Made by a program: the position numbers and the translations under genes. This document shows, in pieces, positions 19,093-27,011 of a DNA stretch of 64,000 bases. This stretch comes from Thiobacillus sp. (GTDB taxonomy: Bacteria; Pseudomonadota; Gammaproteobacteria; Burkholderiales; Thiobacillaceae), in the NCBI GenBank assembly GCA_019459325.1, contig JAIBFA010000005.1:2459-66458 (forward strand). The letters are read 5' to 3'. How positions within the stretch are numbered: the stretch's first letter is position 1; each line of letters opens with the position of its first letter. The notes under the pieces are model-generated. The model was not told the DNA's origin. It worked only from the letters and a program-made list of their open reading frames with translations, and made no database searches.

Positions 19093-21834
19093 TTAAGGGG
19101 AAGCAGGCTTGTGATTGCGGCGGATCACGGCCTTCTCGATTTCAACCACGCTGTAGACGACGATCCCGAACAGGAAGATGCGACCCCAGGCGGCGAGGTC
19201 GAGCGCGGCGGTGGAAAACAGCGTCTGTAGCAGGGGCAGGTAGGTGAACAAACCCTGCAGTACGACCAGGATGCCGATAGCGATCAGCACGGCCCGGTTG
19301 CCGAAGAAGCCCGACCAGCCGACGACCGGCGCGGTGAGGCGACGGCAGTTGAAGAGATAGAAGATCTCGCCCATCACCAGGGCGTTGATGGCTGCAGTAC
19401 GGGCGATCTCGATCGGCACGCCGCGTTCCATTTCCCACAGGAACAGGCTGAGTGATCCGGTCACCAGAACCACCGTGACGAACGCGATGCGCCACAACAT
19501 GAAGCGCGTCAGCAGCGGCTCGTTCGGGTTGCGCGGCGGCTGGCGCTTGGCTTCGGGCTCGGGGCGCTCTAAGGCCAGCGCCAGCGCCAGCGTGACCGCC
19601 GTCACCATGTTGACCCACAGGATCTGCACCGGGGTAATCGGCAGGGTGAGCCCGAGCAGGATTGCGATCAGCACCATGCCGGCCTGGGCCATGTTGGTGG
19701 GCAGGATGAACACGATGGCCTTCTTCAGGTTGCCGTAGACGGTGCGGCCTTCCTCCACCGCGTGCGCGATCGAAGCGAAATTGTCGTCGGCCAGCACCAT
19801 TTCCGCCGCTTCCTTGGCGGCCTCGGTCCCCTTCTTGCCCATAGCCACGCCGACGTCGGCGCGCCGCAGTGCCGGCGCGTCGTTGACGCCGTCGCCGGTC
19901 ATCGCGGTGACGTGCCCCAGGCTTTGGAGGGCTTCGACCAGACGCAGCTTATGTTCCGGACTGGCTCGGGCGAAGATGTCGGTCTCGGCCACCACCTCGC
20001 GCAGGCGATCGTCATCGAGGGCCTCGATCTCGGCGCCGGTTACGGCGCGTCCCGATGCGCTGAGCCCGAGCTGGTTGCCGATGGCCTGCGCCGTGGCGGC
20101 GTGGTCGCCGGTGATCATCTTGACCCGGATGCCGGCGGCGCGGCAGGTGGCGACCGCCTGGATGGCTTCCTCGCGCGGCGGGTCGGCCAGCCCCAGCACC
20201 GCCAGCAGGGTGAAGCCGCCGTCCTCGATATCGGAAAAATTCAGCGTCGTCGTGGTTTCGTGCCGCACCGCCAGCGCCAGCAGCCGCATGCCCTGGGCGG
20301 CGGCTTCCTCCATGCGCGCATGCCAGAAACCGGGATCGAGCGGCGCCTCGCCGTCCGTGCTGCGCTGCGTCTCGCACAGCGCGAGCACCCGCTCCGGCGC
20401 GCCCTTGAGATAAATGAAGCCGCGCCCGGCGTGGTCGTGGTTGAGCGTGGCCATGAACCGGTGCTCGGACTCGAACGGGATGACGTCGCTGCGCGGCAGC
20501 GCTTCGCGGGTCTGGCGCGGGTCGAGCCCGGCCTTCATCGCCAGAGTCAGCAGCGCTCCTTCGGTGGGGTCGCCGGCCAGCTGCCAGCCGGCGTCGGTAT
20601 CGCGCAGCTCGGCGTCGTTGCACAGCAGGGCGGCGTGCGCCACGTCCTGCAGCAGGGGGGGCTCGAGGTCGATCGGCTCGCCGTCGCGGCTGAAGCCGCC
20701 TTCGGGCGCGTAACCGCTGCCCGACACCTCGAACACGCCGTCGGCGCCGATGACGGTCTGCACCGTCATTTCGTTGCGCGTGAGAGTGCCGGTCTTGTCC
20801 GAGCAGATGACGCTGACCGCGCCCAGCGTTTCCACCGCGGGCAGGCGGCGGATGATGGCGTGGCGGTGCGCCATGCGGGTGACGCCGATGGCGAGCGTGA
20901 TGGTCATGATCGCCGGCAGGCCTTCGGGGATCGCGGCTACCGCAAGACCCACCGCGGCGAGGAACATGTCGCTCGCCGGGTATTCGCGCACCCATACGCC
21001 GAAGCCGAAGATCAGCACCGACAGCAGAACGATCACGCCAGCCAGCCACTGGCCGAAGCGCGTCATCAGCTTCAGGAGCGGCGTGGTGAGCTTCTCGACC
21101 GTCGCCAGGAGCGTGCTGATGCGTCCCAGCTCGGTTCCGGTGCCGGTGGCCGTCACCACGCCGGCGCCCTGGCCGTAGGTGACCAGCGTGCCCGACCAGG
21201 CCATGCTGGCACGGTCGCCGAGTGCTGCGTCTTCCGCCACCGCATCGACCTGCTTGTCGACTGCGAGCGATTCGCCGGTCAGCGCGGCTTCCATCACCCG
21301 CAGGCTCTTGACGTCGATGAGTCGAATATCGGCGGGCACGCGGTCGCCCGAAGCCAGGTGCACGATGTCGCCCGGCACCAGCTCCTCGGCGGGGATCTCG
21401 TGGCGCTCGCCGGCGCGGGTGACGATGGCGTGCGGCGACAGCATGCTGCGGATGGCGTCGAGCGCTTCTTCGGCGCGGCCCTCCTGGATGAAGCCGATCA
21501 CCGCGTTGATGATGACCACGCCGAAGATCACGCCGGAATCGAGCCAGTGGCCGAGCAGGGCGGTGATCACGCCGGCGGCCAACAGCACATAAATCAGCAC
21601 ATTGTGGAACTGCAGCAGCAGGCGCTGCCAGGCAGGCTGGCGCTGTGGCGGCGGCAGGCGATTGTCGCCGTATTGCGCGCGCCGGGTCTCGACGGCGTCC
21701 GGAGTCAGGCCTGTGCGCGGCACCTCCAGCCGGGTCAGGGTGGCGCTGGCGGACAGGCTGTGCCAGCGCGGCGGATGTTCGTTTGTTTGCAAGCGAGGCT
21801 CCGTTCGGTCGGCGTACCAGTAGAATTCTGGCAC
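19093..21834 (-). CDS. P-type (IIA-like) cation-transporting ATPase
   Basis: TGES, PEGL, DKTGTLT, KGAPE, TGD, GDGVND; start uncertain. Confidence 0.93.
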   Translation of the reverse strand: MPEFYWYADRTEPRLQTNEHPPRWHSLSASATLTRLEVPRTGLTPDAVETRRAQYGDNRLPPPQRQPAWQRLLLQFHNVLIYVLLAAGVITALLGHWLDSGVIFGVVIINAVIGFIQEGRAEEALDAIRSMLSPHAIVTRAGERHEIPAEELVPGDIVHLASGDRVPADIRLIDVKSLRVMEAALTGESLAVDKQVDAVAEDAALGDRASMAWSGTLVTYGQGAGVVTATGTGTELGRISTLLATVEKLTTPLLKLMTRFGQWLAGVIVLLSVLIFGFGVWVREYPASDMFLAAVGLAVAAIPEGLPAIMTITLAIGVTRMAHRHAIIRRLPAVETLGAVSVICSDKTGTLTRNEMTVQTVIGADGVFEVSGSGYAPEGGFSRDGEPIDLEPPLLQDVAHAALLCNDAELRDTDAGWQLAGDPTEGALLTLAMKAGLDPRQTREALPRSDVIPFESEHRFMATLNHDHAGRGFIYLKGAPERVLALCETQRSTDGEAPLDPGFWHARMEEAAAQGMRLLALAVRHETTTTLNFSDIEDGGFTLLAVLGLADPPREEAIQAVATCRAAGIRVKMITGDHAATAQAIGNQLGLSASGRAVTGAEIEALDDDRLREVVAETDIFARASPEHKLRLVEALQSLGHVTAMTGDGVNDAPALRRADVGVAMGKKGTEAAKEAAEMVLADDNFASIAHAVEEGRTVYGNLKKAIVFILPTNMAQAGMVLIAILLGLTLPITPVQILWVNMVTAVTLALALALERPEPEAKRQPPRNPNEPLLTRFMLWRIAFVTVVLVTGSLSLFLWEMERGVPIEIARTAAINALVMGEIFYLFNCRRLTAPVVGWSGFFGNRAVLIAIGILVVLQGLFTYLPLLQTLFSTAALDLAAWGRIFLFGIVVYSVVEIEKAVIRRNHKPASP

Positions 21835-22024
21835 ACCTCAATGACATGGTAACGCGATGCCTGTTCCTTCCCTTCCCGGCTCGGCCATGCTGAACACCCG
21901 TCCTGCAGCACGGCGCACGCATGGGTCGATGGGGAGAGCGACCTTGCAGGGATTAAACTTTTCGGCCGATCAGGCCGTCATCCGAAAAGAACCGTACTCC
22001 GATTCCGCTACCTGACACGACCTG

Positions 22025-22576
22025 ATGCCGCCCGAGCGTTTCCGCCGTTTTCTTCCCGACCCGCACGCCCTGCGTGAACACCGTGCGCTGCGCTGGATGG
22101 GGCCGACGCTGCATCATCCCCGGCTATGGCATGTCAACCGCCGCGGCATCGCCATGGGCCTGGCCATCGGCGTGTTCTTCGGACTGCTGATCCCGGTGGC
22201 GCAGATATTCTTCGCCGCGGTGACGGCGCTATTGCTGCGCGCAAACATTCCGGCTGCGGTCGGCAGCACGCTCATCACCAATCCCATAACCTTCGCGCCG
22301 GTGTACTACGCGGCCTATCATCTGGGGGCCTGGATGCTGGGGAGCGCCGATGTGCCTGTGGCCGAGGTCAACCTCGACAGGGTCGCGGCCAGGACGGCAA
22401 CCGGGCTGGCGTTGTGGATGGACCGCCTGACCACGGTGGGCGCGCCGCTGGCGATGGGGTTGCTGACCCTGGCGGTGAGTCTGTCGGTGCTGATCTATTT
22501 TGCCGTGCACTGGACCTGGCGGCTGCGCATCGTGCGCGCCTGGCAGCGTCGCAAGACCTCCCGTCGCAAGCGCTGA
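22025..22576 (+). CDS. DUF2062-family membrane protein
   Basis: LWHVNRRGIAMGLAIGVF, RANIP, TLITNPITF. Confidence 0.8.
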   Translation: MPPERFRRFLPDPHALREHRALRWMGPTLHHPRLWHVNRRGIAMGLAIGVFFGLLIPVAQIFFAAVTALLLRANIPAAVGSTLITNPITFAPVYYAAYHLGAWMLGSADVPVAEVNLDRVAARTATGLALWMDRLTTVGAPLAMGLLTLAVSLSVLIYFAVHWTWRLRIVRAWQRRKTSRRKR

Positions 22577-22764
22577 TACGCACGGCAGCCCCAGCCGGCA
22601 AGCGCAGGTTCTATCTCCGCGCGTTCACCGCAGAGTGTGCTGCAACGCTTGCATCCTTTCGCGTGCGCCTTCAGCATGCGCCTAGTCTCGCTGTTTCTAT
22701 TGTGTTCGTGGAGTTCAAGCGTGCGCCCAAGGCGCGCGGATCGGGAGCCGCATTTCCATCCACC

Positions 22765-23781
22765 ATGCAGAACCTCGCAGCCATCTGGCTTTCTCTGCTC
22801 GCCTGTCTTGCCGTGATCGGCGTTGCGGGGGTGCGGCTCTCGCGCTACGGCGACATCATCGCCGAGAAGAGCGGCATGAGCCGTGGATGGGTGGGGTTGA
22901 TCCTGCTGGCCACGGTGACGTCGCTTCCTGAACTGGTCACCGGCCTGTCTGCGGTGACGGTCGCCAAGGTGCCGGATATCGCGGTGGGCGACATCATGGG
23001 AAGCTGCGTATTCAACCTGCTCATTATCGTGGTGCTGGATTTTCTCTACCGCAAGGAATCCGTCTACACGCGTGCGCGTCAGGGTAACGTGCTGTCTGCC
23101 GGTTATGGCATCGCCCTGATCGGTTTCGCCGGTTTCAACCTGCTGCTGTATCGCGCAGGGGCGTTTCCTTCCCTCGGCCATGTCGGACTCTACACGCCTG
23201 TCATCCTGCTGCTGTACGGGCTGGCCATGCGCTCGCTCTACCGTTACGAGCAGGCGCAGGTCAGCGAGTATGTGGAAGATCGCGTCGAGCTTTATCCGGA
23301 TACGACCCTGAAACAGGCGGTGCAGGGCTACACCATGGCCGCAGTTGCAGTGGTGGCAGCCGGCATCTGGCTGCCCTTTATCGCCAGGGATCTGGCCGTG
23401 GCCATGGCCTGGCAACAAAGCTTCGTGGGCACGACGTTTGTCGCCGCAATCACCTCCGCCCCAGAGGTCGTGGTGACGGTGTCCGCCCTGCGCATCGGCG
23501 CAGTTGATCTGGCTATCGGCAACCTGTTTGGCAGCAACCTGTTCAATATCGCCATTCTCGCGATCGACGATCTGGCGTATCTGCCCGGTCCGCTGCTGGC
23601 CGATGTCTCGCTTACCCACGCAACCTCGGCCTTCTCCGCCATGATGATGAGTGGCCTGGCGGTGGTCGGTCTGGTGCTGCGGCCGCCTTCCCGCGTCTTT
23701 CGTACAGTCAGCTGGATCAGCCTGCTTCTGCTCGTCATCTACCTGCTGAACATCCTGTTCCTCTATCTCTATGGCAACTGA
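22765..23781 (+). CDS. Sodium:calcium exchanger (CaCA family)
   Basis: Alpha repeats TSLPE..GDIMGSCVFN and TSAPE..GNLFGSNLFN; start MQNL at 22765. Confidence 0.88.
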   Translation: MQNLAAIWLSLLACLAVIGVAGVRLSRYGDIIAEKSGMSRGWVGLILLATVTSLPELVTGLSAVTVAKVPDIAVGDIMGSCVFNLLIIVVLDFLYRKESVYTRARQGNVLSAGYGIALIGFAGFNLLLYRAGAFPSLGHVGLYTPVILLLYGLAMRSLYRYEQAQVSEYVEDRVELYPDTTLKQAVQGYTMAAVAVVAAGIWLPFIARDLAVAMAWQQSFVGTTFVAAITSAPEVVVTVSALRIGAVDLAIGNLFGSNLFNIAILAIDDLAYLPGPLLADVSLTHATSAFSAMMMSGLAVVGLVLRPPSRVFRTVSWISLLLLVIYLLNILFLYLYGN

Positions 23782-26458
23782 GCGCAGCGAACAGCACTGG
23801 CATTGCCTCGACAGCGCGGCGGCCGCTGCGCAACTGGAGAGCGATCTCAAGGCGGGGCTGACCGCCGATGCGGCTGCAAGGCGGCTTGAAGAGGCCGGTC
23901 CCAACGCGCTGCTGGAGGCCGGCCGGCGCCATCCGCTCGCCATGCTGGCGTCGCAGTTCACCGCTTTCATGATCCTGGTGCTGATCGCCGCCGCGGTCAT
24001 CGCCGGCATCATCGGCGAGCCGCAGGACACCATCGCCATCGTGGTCATCGTGTTTCTCAATGGCATCATCGGCTTCATCCAGGAATACCGTGCCGAACGC
24101 GCGATGGCGGCGCTGAAGCAGATGGCCAGCCCGCAGGCCCGCGTGATCCGCGGCGGGCAGCCCGGCATGATCGACGCGACGGGGCTGGTGCCCGGCGACC
24201 TGGTGGAACTGGAAGCCGGCAATATCCTGCCGGCCGACCTGCGACTGACCGAACTGGCCTCGCTCAAGGTCGACGAGTCCGCGCTCACCGGCGAATCGCA
24301 GCCCGTCGACAAGCAGCTCACACCGTTGTCAGAGACCGATCTGCCACTCGGTGACCGCCTCAACCTCGCCTACAAGGGAACCATCGTGACTTACGGCCGT
24401 GCGCGCGGGCTGGTGGTGGCGACCGGCATGCGGACCGAGCTGGGTAAAATCGCCGCGCTGCTGTCAGGGGAATCAGGCAAGACGCCGCTGCAAAAGCGCC
24501 TGGCCCGCTTCGGCCAGCATCTGGCGGTGGTGGTGCTGGCGATCTGCGCGATCATTTTCGCCGCCGGCTGGCTGCGCGGCGAACCGCCGCTGGTGATGCT
24601 GCTCACCGCCATCAGCCTGGCCGTGGCCGCCATTCCCGAAGCGCTACCCGCGGTGGTTACCATTTCGCTCGCGCTGGGGGCCGCGCGCCTGGTGAAGCAG
24701 AACGTGCTGATCCGTCGCCTGCCCGCAGTGGAAACGCTGGGTTCGGTGACCTTCATCTGTTCCGACAAGACCGGCACGCTGACGCAAAACCGCATGCATG
24801 TCGATTGCGTGCTGGCCGCCGGAGAAACCCGATCCGGCCTGCAGGACATATACGATTCCACACGCACTTCAGCGCGTAGTGGATCGGAGTCCTATAGGGC
24901 GACGGCATCGCCCTGGCGTGAACTCGGCATGGCGATGGCGCTGTGCAACGATGCCGTCGCCGACGCAGACGGAAAGCTGAGCGGCGACCCCACCGAGACC
25001 GCCTTGCTCGAAGCCGCACAGGCGGCCGGATTCAGCAAGACCGAATGGCAGGAAACCCTGCCGCGCCAGGCCGAACTTCCTTTCGATTCCGAGCGTGCGC
25101 GCATGAGCACACTGCATCGCGAGGGCGAGGCGGTGCTGATGCTGGTGAAGGGCGCACCCGAGGGCGTGCTGTCGCTGTGCGTCGATCAGCTGGTCGCTGA
25201 TGGCGTGAAACCGATCGACCAGGCGGCGCTGCAGGACACAGCCGAACACCTGGCCGCGCAGGGCCTGCGCGTGCTGGCTTTCGCACTGAAGCGGCTGCCG
25301 CGCATGCCGGACACGCTCGATGCCGCTGCGCTGGAGGATGGACTCACCTTCATCGGGCTCGCCGGCCTGATCGATCCGCCTCGCCCCGAGGCTGCGGAGT
25401 CGGTCGCTGCCTGCAAGGCAGCCGGCATCATCCCGGTGATGATCACCGGCGACCATCCGGCCACTGCGCGCGCCATCGCAAGCCGATTGGGCATCATCGA
25501 AGACGGCGGCAAGGTGCTGACCGGCAGCGAGCTTGCGCAGCTGTCGCTTGAGGCATTCGAACGCGAGGTGGAATCGGTACGGGTGTATGCGCGCATCAAC
25601 CCGGAACAGAAGATCAAGATCGTGCAGGCGCTGCAGGACAACGGTGAATTCGTCGCCATGACCGGCGACGGCGTGAACGACGCGCCGGCGCTGAAAATGG
25701 CCGACATCGGCGTCGCCATGGGCAAGGGGGGCACCGACGTCGCGCGCGAGGCGGCGCACATGACGCTGCTGGACGACAACTTTGCCACCATCGTGACGGC
25801 CGTGCGCGAAGGCCGCCGCATCTTCGACAACATCCGCAAGTTCGTCAAATACACGATGACGAGCAACTCGGGCGAGATCTGGACCATCTTCCTCGCGCCC
25901 TTCCTCGGCCTGCCGATCCCGCTGCTGCCGATTCACATTTTGTGGATCAACCTGGTCACCGACGGCCTGCCGGGGCTGGCACTTGCCGGCGAGCGCGCCG
26001 AGCGCAACGTCATGCAGCGGCCGCCGCGCCCGCCGAAGGAAAGCATCTTTGCCCACGGCATGTGGCAGCACATCCTGTGGGTCGGGCTCCTGATGGGCGG
26101 CGTCACCTTGCTGACGCAGGCGTGGGCGCTCCACACCGGTTCCGCGCACTGGCAGAGCATGGTGTTCACCGTGCTCACGCTGTCGCAGCTGGGCCACGTG
26201 CTGGCGATCCGCTCCGAGCGCGAATCGCTGTTCGCCCTGGGCGTGCTGTCCAACTGGCTGCTGATCGGTGCCCTGCTGCTGACCTTTGCGCTGCAAATGG
26301 CCGTGCTTTACGTGCCCTGGCTCAACCCCATCTTCAGGACCGAGCCCTTGAGCCTGGGCGAACTGGCCGCGTGCCTGGCCCTGTCCTCGGTGGTGTTTTT
26401 CGGGGTGGAATTCGAGAAGTGGATGGTGCGGCGCGGCTGGCTGTACAACAGCCGCTAG
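23771..26458 (+). CDS. Ca2+-type P-type IIA ATPase carrying an in-frame repeat-derived peptide
   Basis: TGES, PEAL, DKTGTLT, KGAPE, GDGVND, TSNSGE, INLVTDGLP. Confidence 0.93.
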   Translation: MATERSEQHWHCLDSAAAAAQLESDLKAGLTADAAARRLEEAGPNALLEAGRRHPLAMLASQFTAFMILVLIAAAVIAGIIGEPQDTIAIVVIVFLNGIIGFIQEYRAERAMAALKQMASPQARVIRGGQPGMIDATGLVPGDLVELEAGNILPADLRLTELASLKVDESALTGESQPVDKQLTPLSETDLPLGDRLNLAYKGTIVTYGRARGLVVATGMRTELGKIAALLSGESGKTPLQKRLARFGQHLAVVVLAICAIIFAAGWLRGEPPLVMLLTAISLAVAAIPEALPAVVTISLALGAARLVKQNVLIRRLPAVETLGSVTFICSDKTGTLTQNRMHVDCVLAAGETRSGLQDIYDSTRTSARSGSESYRATASPWRELGMAMALCNDAVADADGKLSGDPTETALLEAAQAAGFSKTEWQETLPRQAELPFDSERARMSTLHREGEAVLMLVKGAPEGVLSLCVDQLVADGVKPIDQAALQDTAEHLAAQGLRVLAFALKRLPRMPDTLDAAALEDGLTFIGLAGLIDPPRPEAAESVAACKAAGIIPVMITGDHPATARAIASRLGIIEDGGKVLTGSELAQLSLEAFEREVESVRVYARINPEQKIKIVQALQDNGEFVAMTGDGVNDAPALKMADIGVAMGKGGTDVAREAAHMTLLDDNFATIVTAVREGRRIFDNIRKFVKYTMTSNSGEIWTIFLAPFLGLPIPLLPIHILWINLVTDGLPGLALAGERAERNVMQRPPRPPKESIFAHGMWQHILWVGLLMGGVTLLTQAWALHTGSAHWQSMVFTVLTLSQLGHVLAIRSERESLFALGVLSNWLLIGALLLTFALQMAVLYVPWLNPIFRTEPLSLGELAACLALSSVVFFGVEFEKWMVRRGWLYNSR
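24850..24899 (+). repeat. Intragenic palindromic element, copy 1
   Basis: 42/50 nt identical, ungapped, to 36914..36963; hairpin CCAC-ACGCAC-TTCA-GCGCGT-A-GTGG. Confidence 0.85.
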
Positions 26459-26492
26459 CGTGCGGCTACACACGCGGCGCATGGAGACCCGG

Positions 26493-26966
26493 TCAGAGTT
26501 CAGACAGCGGTTTTTGTGCATCCTGGATATCGACGGCCCCCATGTGCGCGATCAGCACCGCCAGATCCTGGTTCAGGCGCGTCAGCGCATCGTCGGGCAG
26601 TTGGCCGAGTGCATGCGTCAGGATGCCGGTCAGCGGCTGGGGCGCATTTTCGAGGGCTTTTTCTCCGGCCGCGGTGAGATACAACTGGACCACGCGCTGG
26701 TCGACATGGTTGCGCTCGCGCCGGATCAGCCCCGATTTCTCGATCTTGTCGAGCAGGTTGCTGGCAGTCGACGCATGGATCGACAGGGCCTGCGCCAGCT
26801 CCGAGACTTTCATGCCGGGCATCTGACGCAGCGCGGCCATCGCCCAGATTTGCGCGCCGCTGACGCCGCAGGCCTTTTCCACTGTCTGGAAATGCTGGCG
26901 CACCGCGCCAAAAATCACGCGAAACTGACGTAGGGCTTCCCTCGCTGCGCTGGCGTTCGAACTCAA
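26493..26966 (-). CDS. MarR-family transcriptional regulator
   Basis: wHTH VSELAQAL..STASNLLDKIEKSGLIRR..DQRVV..LT; TTG start with GGAG RBS. Confidence 0.87.
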   Translation of the reverse strand: MSSNASAAREALRQFRVIFGAVRQHFQTVEKACGVSGAQIWAMAALRQMPGMKVSELAQALSIHASTASNLLDKIEKSGLIRRERNHVDQRVVQLYLTAAGEKALENAPQPLTGILTHALGQLPDDALTRLNQDLAVLIAHMGAVDIQDAQKPLSEL

Positions 26967-27011
26967 AATGCGATCTCCGGATACGGAAAAGCCTTAATCA
27001 TGGCAGGAATT

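Noticed and set aside
21920-21950. yybP-ykoY-like GGGGAG...GACCTT near the P-type ATPases
   Set aside because: The two motifs are only a few nt apart, leaving no room for the four-way junction; just a short GGTCG/CGACC hairpin
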